A stretch of 64,000 bases of DNA from the human T2T-CHM13v2.0 reference genome, Homo sapiens (GCF_009914755.1 NC_060930.1); one strand, 5' to 3'; shown: positions 38,601-53,817, counted from the stretch's first letter. Program-made: numbers and translations. The notes: generated by a model from the sequence alone, not told the origin.

Positions 38601-39749
38601 GAGAGATGGTAAAATTGAGCAGCACTCTGGGGAAACAATACATAGATATGCATTTTACATAGATACAAAATATGTCTTACATAGATATACAGTACAAAAA
38701 TTTGAGATAATATTAAAACTTGGAAGTAATATCAGCTATCCTTCTCTAAATTTCATTTTGGCTGTTGCTTTACTGATTTGGCTAGCATTACGTTTTTGTT
38801 TGTATTATAACGTAGCAGTCCTCATCAAGCCAGACACTAGGACGGCAAGAGATATTTTTGCCAGGTACATGTCAAAAAGCACTAATTCTAAGTTAGCATC
38901 TATCTGTTGATAGTATATGAAGGGCAAAACTTCTTTCTTGAGGAATCTTAGATGCAATTTTTGTTGCTTATAAATGTTAAAGTTTCATCCTCATGGATAT
39001 ACTTTGAAAATCCCTTAGTCCACCATACTCTTCACCCACTCCCTATTGTCTCCAGATTTGTGGAAACAGATTCTGGGTCAGCTATACTAAAGTGGAAGAT
39101 GAGAGGAAATAAACACTTTCTACTAAGTCTACAAAAGAATTGAATCTATTTTAAGCCACTATCTATTGCAAGTTTCTCAATTTATTTAACTAGTTACCTA
39201 TTGATGGACGTATAAGATGCTTCCAATGTTTTGTGATTACAAATATGCTGAAATTCTTGTCCTTACACGTACATCATTTTATACATTTATAAACATATCT
39301 GTCTACCTTGGACATGAGAACACATGTATTGGCTAGATATTAGGATATTGTAGTGAGTTCAAAATGAACTCACACAGATATAGTTTATAATATATAATCT
39401 ATGTTTATGTATGTATTTATCTCTATATAAATATATGTATATTTTTACATAGATGTATCTTGTATATATATATGTGAAAATACCTGGGACTGGCTGTCTG
39501 AACCAAAAAGAGCAGAAATAGTTACTTGGGATGTGTGAATTTGGCAAGTACAGGTATAGAAACTCAAATCTCTGTTACATATTGGAGGTTTAATTTTTCT
39601 AGCTTGCAAATCAAGGTCAACCACCCAATGGCAGCCAGAAGAGATCTCAAATAGACATAAATTATTCATGAGCTTACAGAAGTTAAACTCATTTTACCCC
39701 AAGAGAATCAAATTTACTAAGAATGGTCTGTTAAAAAATCAGAAAATAT

Positions 39750-40089
<340 letters not shown>

Positions 40090-41074
40090 TTATTTCATCC
40101 TGCATTTCATTTATCATTTATTTCAATGAATTGGCTTTGGATAAGCCATAGGCATTCCCCAAATTCTTTCTGTCTGTCTTTCAATAAAAAGAGGAACATT
40201 CAATTTCTATTCAAAACTGAAATTAGACAAAGACACTCTTTTCACCACTAATACTTAACATTGTTCTGAAAATTCTAGTAAATGTAGTAAGACAAAAAGA
40301 AGAAACCATAAATATAAATGACAAAGTGGTGACAAAATTCTATCAATTCCTGTTAATGTAATTATCTACCTGGAAAGACCACGAGAATCAATTGAAACAC
40401 TATTAAAACTAATAAATGAATTCACTATGGAGCCAGTTGCCAAAGATCTTGAGGATGGGTTCCAAAAACAGTGAGTTAGGTGAAAGTTGTGCATAGTCAA
40501 AATCACCTTTGAAAATTATCCAAATTGCCCCTGAAGTGCTGTATACATGAGGGGTTTTGTATACAACTCTGGATGCAATTTCTGTATAGATATATAAAAT
40601 ATATAGTAATTTGCAGCATGTACGAGTATATATGTAAAACAACTTAACAATACTAATTTTTGCACACCAAAAACTTGTGTTTGAATATATTTTTATTTAT
40701 ATATATGGGAAATGCCACAGACAAAAAAATGAATAATTTTCCTATATATCTAGTGAGAAATTATAATTTTTAAAAGTTTTTTGGTTACAATGGCAACCAA
40801 AAATAAGTAGTGGTCACATCTTGGTTTGGGCTCTCCTAGTGGTAAACCCTGAGACAAAGATGAGTGTTAGAGTTGCTTGTTGAAAAGTGAACCCAGGAAA
40901 CCCAGTCTGGGAATGAGGGTAGGAAGAGAAGGAAGTCCACAGATGGTGAATTATGAAGCCAGTACTCCTGGGGGCAAATAGAGTGTCACCTCACTGAGTC
41001 CCCTCCGGGAGACACTGTGAGTATACATCACAGTCATTCCAGCAGAAGGCAGAGGAAGCCGGGTGTTCACTCAC

Positions 41075-41515
41075 TGTGTTAGTGAGTGTTCTACACAGAA
41101 ACAGGACGCACATATGTATATGATTTGCTATAAGAAATTGGGTCATGAGATTATGGAGGCTGAGAAATCCCATGATCTACTATCTGCAAGCTGGAGACCC
41201 AGGAAAGCTGGTGATGTAGTTCTGAAAGCAAGAGCGCTAATGGTATAAGTCCCAGTCAAGGGCAGGAGAAGACTGATGTCCCAGCTCAGCAGTCAGGAAG
41301 AGAGAGTGAATACCCTTTTCCTCCACCATTTTGTTCTATTCAGGCCCTCAAGGGATGGGATAATGCCCTTCTACATTAGAGAGGGCAATCTGCTTTACTC
41401 AGTCAACTAATTCAAATGCTAATTTGACCTGCAGGCACCCTCACAGACACACCTAGAAATAATGTTTAATCTGGGCACCCCATGTCCACGTCAGGCTGAC
41501 ACATGAAATTAGCAA
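41075..41515 (-). mobile_element. MLT2 ERVL LTR nested in an older ERVL-type LTR (~40820-41710)
   Basis: GAAATTGGGTCATGAGATTATGGAGGCTGAGAAATCCCATGATCT..TCTGCAAGCTGGAGACCCAGGAAAGCTGGTG...GAGGGCAATCTGCTTTACTCAGTC...CACCCTCACAGACACACC. Confidence 0.8.
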
Positions 41516-41719
41516 TTGTACCCACATAATTCCCCACTGTTATTGGTTAGAGGCTATTTCTAGGGACACAAACTCCAGATTTCCAGCTTACCCTGCTAAC
41601 ATCCCAATGGCCAGAAAAGATCCCTCATAGAGCGCAGGCATGCACTGGAAGCGGCCCTGGCAAGTGGGAGGGTATTTGGTAAGTCAGTCACTGGCAGAGT
41701 CTACCATGTTAACACAAAA

Positions 41720-42540
41720 AGAATAGGATCTACATGTAAAAACCACACATTTTTACTGAGAATCATAAAAAAGATTTAAATGGAGAGGTGGACCAAGTTC
41801 CTGGGAGGAAATACTTAATAATGTTAAGATTTCAATTTTCCCAAATTAAACTATAAATCAAATTCAATTCCAATTAGAATTCTACTGGGTCTTTTTTTTT
41901 CTTTTAAGTTTATCTGGAAGGAAAAAAATGAATAAGAACAGATAAAAAATTTTTGAAAACTTGGATGTAGTCAATGTCACCCTTGAGAATTCTTTAAATA
42001 ATGAGAGGGTATTGCTCTTACCAGATAATAAAATAGAGTAGTACTGGTGCAAGACTAGTAAAGACAAGCACAGAAATCCTAAAAATTGCAAGAACACACC
42101 CAAATGTTTATAAGTGTGTAATATATATTACATATGACATTTCACATAAGCCATAAATGAAAGGAATATTGAATAAATATTGTTGGGATAAGTTAAATCT
42201 TACATCATGTCATATAGTAGAACAAATTCCATATAAATTTAAGATTGAAATGTAAATAAAATAAAAATATTAAGTACCAAACAGAATAAAATGAAGGTTA
42301 ATATTTATGGACTCTCAAAATGGGAAAGTCCTGCCTCAGCTTGACACCCAAGATAGAATCTGAGAGGAAAGAAATGGTAGAATTGAGTACATAAAATTGA
42401 AAACATCTAGGCCCGAATAAAACGGAATAAAAGACAAAAGGGAAAGGATTAATATACTTAATATATACAGTGCTTGAAATTATTGAAAATCAACAAGAAA
42501 ATATTAAAACACCAATAAAAATTTAACTGGGCAAAATAGC
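41720..42540 (+). mobile_element. Old L1M ORF2 fragment (approximate)
   Basis: AAAGATTTAAATGGAGAG...AATGTTAAGATTTCAATTTTCCCAAATT...TACTGGTGCAAGA..AGAC. Confidence 0.65.
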
Positions 42541-45090
42541 CATTCACCCATTATTTAACTAATATTTCTTGAGAGCCTGTTATATGGGAGGCATTGTTCT
42601 AGGCAATGAGTATATGCTGGTGAAAAAAATGACATCATGTCTGCTCTCCCAGATCTTAGAGTCTAATAGGTGAGACATAGCTCATAAGAAACAAATATAT
42701 CTGTAATTACAAACTGTCATAAGTACTATGAGGGGATCAAATAAGGCAGAGTAACGGAGAATACTGAAGGGAAGTACTTTGATAGAGTGGTCAGGAAAGG
42801 CCTAAGTCCTTTAGGATGAGAAGGAGCTTGCTAGGTAAGACGGTGGGAGGAAGTGAAAAAAACATTCCAGTAAGAGGAATCAGCACGTGCAAAGGCCCTG
42901 GGGTGGCAAATGCTTAGTGATACAAGAAACAGAAAGGAGGCCTGGGTGGAAAGGGAGAGGGCAAGCAGAGTGGTAAGGAATGAGCTTGAAAAGATGGATA
43001 AGGGTCAAGTTATGCAGAGCTTTCTAGATCATGATAACTAGTTTGAAACTTTATAAATTATGGGAATCCAATAAAGGGCTTTAAGCAGGAAAATAACCTT
43101 ATCAAATTTTACACTAAAAAAAAATGTTTTGTGAATGTTACATGGACAATAGATTGGAGGGATGTAAGTATAAACAGGGTGGCCAGATGGGAAATTGTGG
43201 TGGGGTTTAGACTAGCCTAGGTAATGTTGACTGTGACTGAGGTTTATAGAGTAGAGGGAGAGGAGCAGATGGGTCAAGATATATTTTGAATGTAAAACCC
43301 CAAACCATAAAAACCCTAGAAGACAACCTAGGCAATACCATTCTGGACACAGGAATGGGCATTCAAGATGAAGATGCTAAAAGCAATTGCAACAAAAGCA
43401 CAATTTGACAAATGGGATCTATTTAAAGTAAAGAGCTGCTGACAGCAAAAGAAACTATCAACAGAGTAAAAAGACAACCTACAGAATGGAAGAAAATTTT
43501 GCAGTCTATGTGTCAGACAAGAGTCTAATATCTAGCATCTATAAGGAACTTAAACAAATTTACTAGAACAAAATCAAACAACCCATTAGAAAGTGGGCAA
43601 AGGACATGAACAGATACTTTTCAAAAGAAGACCATACATGCAGCCAACAAGCAAATGAAAAAAAACTCAACATCACTGATGATTAGAGAAAAGCAATTTA
43701 AATTGCAATGAGATACCATCTCACAACAGTCAGAATGGCTATTACTAAAAAGTCAAAAAATAACAGGTGCTGTTGAGGTTGTAGAGAAAAAGGAATGTTC
43801 ATATACTGTTGGTGGGAGTGTAAATTAGTTCAACCAGTGTGGAAGACAGTGTGATGATTCTTCAAAGATATAAAACAAAACTACCATTTGACCCAGCAAT
43901 CCCATTACTAGGGATGTACCCAAAGGAATATAAATCATTCTATCATAAAGACATGCATGTGTATGTTCACTTTAGCACTATTCACAATAGCAAATACATG
44001 GAATCAATCTAAATGCCCATCAGTGGTAGACTGGATAAAGAAAATGTGGTACATATATACCATGGAATACCATACAGCCATAAAAAAGAACGAGATCATG
44101 TTGTTTGCATGAACATGGATGGAACTGGAGGCTATTATCCTTAGCAAACTAATGCGGGAACAGAAAACCAAATACTGCATGTTCCCACTTACAAGGGAGA
44201 GGTAAATGATGAGAACATGTGGACACATAGAGGGAAGCAACACACACTGGGGCCTACCAGAGGGTGAAGGGTCAGTAGAAGGAGAGGATCAGGAAAAATA
44301 ACTAACGGGTACTAGGCTTAATACCTGGAGGATGAAATAATCTGTACAACAAACCCCCGTGACACAAGTTTACCTATGTAACAAACCTGCACATGTACCC
44401 CTGAACTTAAAATAAAAGTTTAAAAAAAGATATATTTTGGAAAGAGAAACAATAGGACTTGTTTACGAGTGGGAAAGGAAGGTGAGGGAGCAACCAAGAA
44501 TAACCCTCAGGTTTCTGACCTAAGTAGCTCTGAAAATGGTGATGACATTTTCTGTGACAGGGAAGTCTGGGAGAAAAGCAAGGAGAGCTTATGTTTGTGT
44601 TAGAACATGTTAAAGTTGAGATTCCTGAGACATATTCAAGCAGAGATGTTATTATCAGTTGAATGTATGAATCTGGAGCCTGGTAGTGGGGGAGGGAGTT
44701 TGGGTTGGAGTTATAAATGAGGTAATTAATATCTGTGGTAATTAAAGTCATGGGAAACGAATGAGCTCACTTAGAAAGAGGACCTAGGACTGGGCCATGA
44801 GAGGTCAGGTAGAGGAGAAGACTGAGAAGGAACAGATAGAGAGGCAGAAAGAAAACCAGTCAGATGTGGTATCTGAGGAGGCGTGAGGAGAGTGTTTTCA
44901 AGTGGAAATGGTAAATGTTGTCAAATATTAGCCAAAGATCTAGGAAAATGAGATCAGAAAAATGAACCCGGGATTTCGTGAAGTAGAAGTCATTGGTGAT
45001 TAGTTGGGGAGTGGGCTAAGACATCAAGGAACAGTGAGGAAGTGGACACAGAGAGTATATGACCTTTTTAGGAGGTTTAGTTCTGAAGGG
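42540..45090 (+). mobile_element. L2 LINE remnant interrupted by an L1PA insertion
   Basis: CATTCA..ATTTAAC..ATATTT..TGAG..CCT...GGCATTGTTCTAGG; GAGTGGTCAGGAAAGGCC; GTGCAAAGGCCCTGGGG. Sequence resumes after 44439. Confidence 0.75.
43289..44426 (+). mobile_element. L1PA (about PA13-15) 3' fragment
   Basis: ORF2 C-terminal remnant plus 3'UTR ...GGATCAGGAAAAATAACTAA...CCTGCACATGTACCCCTGAACTTAAAATAAAAG; exact 13-bp TSD AAGATATATTTTG (43276-43288 / 44427-44439). Confidence 0.9.
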
Positions 45091-48044
45091 GGTGCTGCAA
45101 TACGCATGGCTCAAGACCAAAACACAAAAGTCCACAAACAAATGAAAAAGCATTTCACCACATGGAAAAGCAAATTCAAGTAGAAAAAGGAAATCTTTTT
45201 TAAAACAATTTCTATCAAATTGGCAAAATACTGGATATTTTCAAAGTGGGGGAGGGATGCGCTCTCCTCCAAACTACTATAAAGAGATGGTAAATTTATA
45301 TAACATTTTTGGACTTAGCTTTGTATTAACCATTTTGACCAGCAATTTCATTCCTAAGAACACATCTGAGGAAACAATCATGGATCTGTGCAAAAATGGC
45401 TGTATTTTTTGGTCTCCGTATCATGTATGATAGTGAAATATTGGAAAACAACTGTGATAGCCAACAATAACAGACTGGCTAAGTTATAAAACAAACTCAG
45501 AGACAAATTACTGAGGACACTGCTGTGGTCCAATCAATCTATAGATTTCAATATTTCTGGGAAAGTATTGCCAGAATGTAAGACAAACCAGGCAATACTA
45601 CTATAGAAAATATTTGATTGAAAAAAATTACTAAAAAGTTCTGACTTTGTGCAGGATTTGGCTACCTGAAAGGCCAAGAGTACATGAAATTACTTCAGAA
45701 ATAAGGTTTTACAGATTACTTTAACAAGCACTCCATCATATTTACTACAACTAGCAGAGTAACCAGGTTCAATCTTGGGATTCTTGGTAGGATTCTCGTT
45801 AACAAGAAGCCATACATGAATTTGATTATTAATTCATTGGGGATTTCTCCTCTCCTTATCTTCTATCTTACAGTGCCCAATATCTTAATTTTTTCCAGCC
45901 TCATAGTCTTGGAGTTCTGCCTATATTTCTGGTAAATCTTTTAAGACTCAGCATTGCTCCAGGATTTATTCTTTTGAAATCTGTTAAGAGGGTTTCCTCT
46001 TCGCTAACCCCATGGTGCGTGTTCTTTCTTTCTTTGTGTTCCCATAGCTATTTTCACTGTGTCTTTCAAGTAGCACAATGCGGTGATGAGGAGAGGGAAA
46101 CTGGCTGAGAATTTTGAAGATTGGAAAATTGGGTCGATGCCAAAAAGTAGGAGTCTATGTATCCCTTTTGCTCATTTACTTGCTCAGGTCACTGAGGACT
46201 GGAAAGGCTGAAACTGAAACAGTAGGAGGGTTATCTTTTGTCAACAGAAGCAAGCAAAGGCGCAGATTTGCACATTTAAAGCGGTATTGTAGCTATGTAA
46301 TGTGATGAAAGAGAGCTCTCTCCGACAGTGGATCCGTGAAAATTGATACGTGGGGAAACAGCAGATCATTGCCAGAATTTTTAAAAAGATTCTTCTTCTT
46401 ATTTAAAGTCAAACTCTGATTCCTCCTCATTTACTTTCTAGTTCATGATGTTTTCTACCTCAAGTCTATCCTCTCTTGTCTTCAGAAAAGAGGATTTCAG
46501 CTTTCTATTTAACTGGATACTCATTAAGGCTCAGCCAGCAGCAGCAGGATGCCTGCCCCATCCAAGGAGGAGGGGCTCCAGCTGGGAAAAGGACAGAGCT
46601 TCTAGAGAGAAGCCCGGAGGCGGTCAGAGATGGACCTCAGCAGGGGCTGCACTTTTCAAAGCTGCTTTTCCTCTTTGGAGGAGAAAGAGGAGGATCAGAG
46701 GGTTGAAGTTCCCTCTTAGCACTTCTAACACCTACTTTGGACTTTATCACTACCAAATCAAGACTATAATGTGCAGTTGGTATGCCCATTTTAGTTAATT
46801 CAATTGGAAAAGAAAAAAAAAAAAAGACCTGCTAAAGACCTACTTACTCGAAAGATTTAGAAACAAAAGCCCAGGACTGTGGCAGCACAGGGACCAAGTG
46901 ATCATAACTGCCATCGTCTTCCTTTCAAATGAAATGTAATCATATTTTTGCTCACACATGCTTAGGGAATTTCTGGCAAGATACCCAATTAACTACTGTC
47001 AATGATTATGTCTGGGGAGGGGTCCTAGGGCAATGACAGGCTGGAGGGAATTTTATCTTTTGCTTAATACCCTCTGTTCTGTTAGAGCTTTTAATAAAAT
47101 CTGTATATAATTTTTATTTTTAAAAACTATCAATTCAGCTTTTAAGCTATTGAGTGTTCTAATTTTTAAAATGAACTACTTTGCCACTTAACATAAAGCG
47201 ACGTAAACAGAAAGGAGTAAAGGAAATTTTTTTCTAGAGTTTCCTCTCCCCTATTCCAAGACTCAAATGCGAGCTATGTTCATTCAGATAGAAAGATGGA
47301 CAATATGATGGTGGCTGCTTAGAAGCAGGAGAATTTGAATTTGAACACAGTGCTACAAACCTGAATGCATTTTATTGAATTTCTTCTTCTTCTAGGCAGT
47401 CATCTCACAGGACTACATGAATGGTTTTGGTGAGATTTCTTCTGTCTCAATTTCTGCATGTAAATTGAAAACTATAAAGCACATGGGTTAGAATGAACAA
47501 AGGCTTGGAATAGATGCATCCCCTTCCATTTGGAGCCCTGAATAAAAGTCATGGCTTAGAAGAAGGAATGGCAGAGAAGAGGGAGAGAAGGAGAGAAGAT
47601 AAACAGAATTAATGGGCATAGTCTCATTTTACAATTAAATAAAGACACTTTAATGGATATATGGATATTTCTTATAGATGACAGAGCAACACCACAAGTA
47701 TTTCTTGATTTCTACAGTTCAAGTGCTGCTTAGAAGGAATCTATTTCTTTTGTAAAATTATATAATAATTTATGGGCCCATGAGGAGTATCCCATTTAAA
47801 GGACTCTAATTAGGAATATTTTTGTAAAACTCATTCCATTAATTATCTCCTTTCTTTTATATCCCTTCAGCCTTTTGCATTCCATTAGTTCTTCCTTCTC
47901 ATCAGACTTATTTATGACATTTTCATCCTAAGACAAAGAAAGAAAGAAAACTCTATCATGTCTCCTCTAGTTACTGCCCTCTCTCCTTCCCTTCACAGCT
48001 AAGTCCCTTCAAAAGGATGGTCTCCCCTAGGTCACCAACCTATG

Positions 48045-48185
48045 TTAGAAATATTTGGGAATATGGAAAAGAAATAAGAAGACAAGTGTAGAGGCAGGAA
48101 GGCCCTTATCATTTTTTGCCCAAATGATTTTCCTGCCTCTACACCTCTCCTCTTACTTCTTTTCCATATTCCCAAATATTTCTAA
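48045..48185. repeat. Long inverted repeat (56-bp arms, 52/56 complementary, 29-bp spacer)
   Basis: Arm 48045-48100 compared base by base with the reverse complement of 48130-48185. An extra 7-bp stem ATCATTT/AAATGAT lies in the spacer. Confidence 0.95.
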
Positions 48186-48704
48186 AATGCAAATGTGATT
48201 ATGTCACTTGTTCATTTACAAATCTCTATTCCCTGTTGCTTGTGGGACAACATCCAAATTCCTCAGCATGACACACTAAGAAATATACTAGGTACTCATA
48301 GCAGATTGTGCTGTGTCCTTCACAAACACCCATACCAGCCATGTTGTTTGTACTGTGTGTTTATAAATATAATGGGTTCTCAGAGCATGTTGGCTGTTCT
48401 CAAGCCTTTGTACCTTTGCATAAGCTCTTCCCTTTTCCTGGAATGATCTTCCTCCTTTCAACTGCCTAATATCTGCATTTTCTTTAAGACCTAGCTCACT
48501 GTCATGTTGACCAGGAAGCTTTTGCTGAACTACCAGTGTGGGTGAGGTATTCTCTTGTGATGTATCCTCTCACGTACCACTCATTGAATAAGTTATGCTC
48601 CTGTATACTACAGGCACTCCATAAGTGTTTATTGAATGAATTAACTCATGAATGGTGACTATAATCTCTTCATTTATTTTAGGGTCATTTTTTTTTTATT
48701 TTAA

Positions 48705-49043
<339 letters not shown>

Positions 49044-50141
49044 TAACTTTTATTTTAGGTTCAAGGGTATATGTGCAGGTTTGTTATATGGGTAAATTGC
49101 GTGTCATAAAGTTTGGTGTACAGATTATTTTTTCACCCAGATAATAAGCATAGTACCCACTAAATAGGTTTTCAATCCTCACCCTCCTCCTATCTGAATC
49201 ATAGATTTAGAATCATAGACCCAAAAAGGGATTTTATTGAATGCTAGTCTTCAAAGGAAGAAAACAAAACTAGTAAGTAGATCTCATGAGTCCTATTTCT
49301 TTTCTCCTTTTCATGCTTTCTGAAGTCTGTATTTTCATATTTCTCATTTGATTAGTAAGGTATCTTCGTTATAAAGTTTTAACTAGAAAGTGACCAAAGT
49401 TATACAAAATATTAACCTGCTGACTCTTGGAGAGATGCACAGCATCCTTCCTGCTTGTCTAGGCTCAGTTCATTAGCACTTACCTATAAATGCACAACAT
49501 ACTCTGCCAGTATTTAGCATGCACCTATATTTGGTGACGTTGTCATTTAAAAACTATTGCTCCTTAAGAGACAGCAGGTAATAACTGTTTTTAAAAAAAG
49601 AATTTTTGTTCTTTCTTTGTTCTTTTTAGTCTCTTTCTTCTAATTATCACCATCATCGTCTGGAGAACTGAACCAATGAGTAAAGAGGATGCTGACACAT
49701 TGGAGACCAGCCAGAAACGGGTTAAAGGTCATGTGTTTAAGAAGCAACGAAAATAATTTGACATACACAGCCTAGAGGAAAGGCAGAAAAACAAGGATAT
49801 TTTGATTTATAAATAACTAAGAGATACTAAAAAGAAAGGGAGGAATTATATTGGATATGGTCAAAAAGATGGAGATGTGAGAAGAATGAAATAAGAAAAA
49901 AACCACAGTGTGTAGAGATTATTAAGCAATCTTGACAAGAAAAATAAGAAATTAAGTGATAAATATTGAATGTTAAGTGTCAGGCATATTTTAACAGTGT
50001 TACATGAGTTACTAACCCATTTAATTCTCCTAACAGCCCAGTGATAAAAGAATTCTGTTATCTCAAAGGAGAGAACAGCCTTGCTGAATGATCTCACAGT
50101 GCACCAAGGCACTCTATGAACTATTTGCAGTAAGATAGTAA

Positions 50142-50468
<327 letters not shown>

Positions 50469-50734
50469 TAAATGTTTACACTTTTCAAAAGGACTTCCAC
50501 ACATGAGTTCATTAATCCTCACAATGGTCCTGTTGTTATTCCTAGTTTTGGATGAGGTTAGGACTTTTCCATAGTCACTTAATTGTTAAATGGTACAACT
50601 GGGTTGTAAACCAGGTCAGCTCCTTCCACTATAGCATGCACACCACTAGGAAGATAAATCTTAACTATAAGTGGATAACCCACAGAAACATAGGCCTGAA
50701 CCCTTTCAGTTAATCTTTTTTTTCACAAAGACAT

Positions 50735-51220
50735 GTATTTATTAACAGCTTTATTGAGATATAATTCACATAACAATTTCCTATTTAAAGTGTATACCTC
50801 AGTGATTTTTAGTATATTTGGAACTGTATGTTCATCATCACAATATAATTTTGGAACAATTTCATCACCCCTTACCCAAAGAAAACCCATATCCATTAGC
50901 TGTCATTTCATATTCATCCCCACTCTGGTCCCTAGCAAGCACTCCATTACTTTATGTTCCTTACTCTGGACATTTCACATCAAGAGAATCATATAAAATG
51001 TGGCCTTTTGTGTCTGGCATCTTTCCACTTACCATGTTTTCAAGGTTCATTCATGTTATACCGGTATTTCATTCCTTTTTACGGCTGAAAAATATTTCAC
51101 TGTAATTGTTATACCACATCTTTAGTATTCATTCATCAGTGGATAAACATTTGGATTGTTTCTACTTTTGGACTTTTATGAAGAAGGTGCTATGAACATT
51201 CATGTACAGGTTTTTGTGTG
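50735..51220 (-). mobile_element. L1MB/MC 3' fragment
   Basis: ACAGCTTTATTGAGATATAATTCACATA...CTGGACATTTCACAT...GTTTTCAAGGTTCATTCATGTT...GCTATGAACATTCATGTACAGGTTTTTGTGTG. Confidence 0.85.
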
Positions 51221-51254
51221 AAAGACATACATTTTAAAATAAATAATCATTTTC

Positions 51255-51543
51255 AGAAGTGTCCTAATGGCATTTCATAGAGGACTGGTTCCATGGAAAG
51301 TTCTGTAAAACAACAAACAATTTCTATGGTCAAATAAGTTTTGTTAACACTTCAAAACATGCTTCCTTGCTCTGTCAGAGCCACTGTAGACATTAGAGGC
51401 ACAAAGAACACCTGCTCTAAGGAAACTTGTTTAACTTTCCTGCCCAGGATTCCTCCAACTTCTATCATGCTGGAACCTTCTTTCACAGAACACTAATGTT
51501 CTGAGGAGCGAGTGTACTATGAAGCACATTTGGGGAAATGCTG
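51255..51543. mobile_element. MER103C-like hAT-Charlie element
   Basis: ATGGTCAAATAAGTTT...CTTGTTTAAC...GAACACTAATGTTCTG...CACATTTGGGGAAATGCTG; internally palindromic. Confidence 0.65.
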
Positions 51544-52827
51544 CCCCAAATATTTAGCAAAGAGAGCCTTTCAGGAAGTGAAGCAGATGATTGGAATTCA
51601 TTCTGAGATCTCCTTTCCCTTAATCTGACCCAGGATCTTTGCATGTGACGTGTACATTATAATAACAGGCTAACATTATGGCCCTATTTTTATTTGGGGT
51701 TAGGAAAAATAGGCTAACATTTTCTCTTAAAATATGGCTTTTGTGGTTAAGAAAAATAGTCACCAGGTTGATCTGGCAGCATTGTCACCTGTCTCAGCAG
51801 AGCTTAATATCAATCAGCAATCAGTGGATACTAGGAATTAAGGTTCCTTGTTGGTGTGGTTCATGCCTTCATCATCTCTGTGATTTCCCAGCACCTAGCA
51901 GAGGATCTGGCACATAGTAGTCACCCAAATAGTTAATGGTCAGGTGGGTGTCCATTATAGAATGCATTCAGGACCATCATTTTATAGATAAAAGCTTGAG
52001 CATTGGAAGGACTAACTGAATTGCCTAAGTTAACAACTGCTTCTAGCTGCAGCACCAGGACCAGACTCAGATCCTCTGACTTATAATTCTGTATCATTTC
52101 CGGTGTGTACAACTTAAGGTTAGAATTTTATTTTTTTCATCTAAATTTCAAGTGAAATAAAAAAAAATGTTTACACTTTTTATAAAGTGAACTGGGCTTG
52201 AGCTGTGCTAAAGGGAATTATGCCAAGAAATCAAGGGCTGAGGTTTTCTTTCCTTGGAATGGTGAAATCTGGAAAAGAAAGTAAGCACTGGTCCCAGTTG
52301 GAGTCTGAAACTACCAGGGTATAAGCCATGAAGAGTTTAAGAGAAATACTAAGACAAAGTGATGAGAGCTAAACTGCAAACATCATGTGGAGTTTTGTTG
52401 TGCTGCCATGCATTTTCAGCACTGCTTATTTACGTACCCAGTTTTTGGAATGGAAAAACTATCATTAAAAAAATGTATCTAAACACAGTCCATGCTAAAA
52501 AGCTTCGAAAAGATGAGCAGCTTGCTTATCCTTTGTGATTTTACCGGGTCACTCAACCTTCCCTATGGTACATGAATCTAGTGTGCAACAGTGGAGAAAA
52601 ATATTCTTTTACGCATTGTGAGAACTTATATTCAAGGTGAATTAGATAATACCCAAAGAGTAAAATGTCTCCTAAATTACTTACTGATATGCATAAGACT
52701 AAAGAGTTACTTAGAGTAGTAACTTCTTTGTTTATAGGAAGATGCTGTCACATTGGGAATTAAATGTAAACTCAAGAATCCCTTTTGTTTCTCAGAAAGA
52801 TTTATCTTAATCTCCTTTGCCATTTTA

Positions 52828-53120
52828 TTTTATTTATGTTTTGAGACAGGGTCTCACTCTGTCACCCAGGCTGGAGTGCAATGATGTGATCTTGGCTCAC
52901 TGCAGCCCCAACTTTCCGGGCTCAGGTGATCCTCCCACCTCAGCCTCCTGAGTAGGTGGGACTACAGGTGTGCACCGCCACACCCAGCTACTTTTTTTTT
53001 TTTTTTTTGTAGACACAGGGTTTCACTAGGCTAGTCTCGAAGTCCTGGGTTCAAGTAATCTGCCCACTTCAGCCTGCCGAAGTGCTGGGATTATACAGGC
53101 TTGAGCCACTGTGCTTGGCC
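52828..53120 (-). mobile_element. AluJ SINE
   Basis: GAGACAGGGTCTCACTCTGTCACCCAGG...; TSD TCCTTT(G/A)CCATTTTA. Confidence 0.92.
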
Positions 53121-53815
53121 TCCTTTACCATTTTAGATTTAATTCAGATATTCCTAGATATGAAGAATTTCAAGTCACTTGATTTCATAAAGCATTCATT
53201 GAATCATTTTGTTTATTTTCACTAGAGGTTTTGAAGCTGCCAAAGAGTTCATCTGGGTCCTTTCCTGGGCCCCCAAATTTGTCCTCTTGGCCTGTTTTCT
53301 TGAGTTAGAATATAAACTCTGAATGCCATGCTAGCCCAGTGCACTTCCCCTAATATTGAATTTGATAGTAGCACACTGTACTTTCATAATATTGCATTTG
53401 GTTAATAATAATAGCAATTCTCTCTAACACTAGCACAGTGGTGACCTTGGTGTTCAATATAAATACTACTTGCTGAATATAACTGAATACCTAAAATAGA
53501 AGTTCCTTTTCTGGAAACAGGAATCAAGTGTGAAAAGTGACCTTTCTACCATTTGGAGGGAGATGGAGGCTCTGTAGATTATAAACCAGAGGTCAATGCC
53601 TTTCCTGGTGTAGAGAACCACTACTCTCCCTATCCCCTACCCATGAACCCCAACCCTGGCCCACCCATCAGCAAGGGAAAAGGACTTGGTCTTCACCAGT
53701 AGACTTAGCTGGACTTGGCCTTGGAAACAGGGCTACTTAAACTCCTTCATCTGACCTCCTGCACTACTTTTCCTGAGCATTTTCTCAGCAGTGAGGGACC
53801 AGTTCCTACTCCCTA

Positions 53816-53817
<2 letters not shown>

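Noticed and set aside
51660-51722. Short direct repeat AGGCTAACATT x2
   Set aside because: Only two copies of 11 bp; no array structure, so not CRISPR-like or a VNTR.
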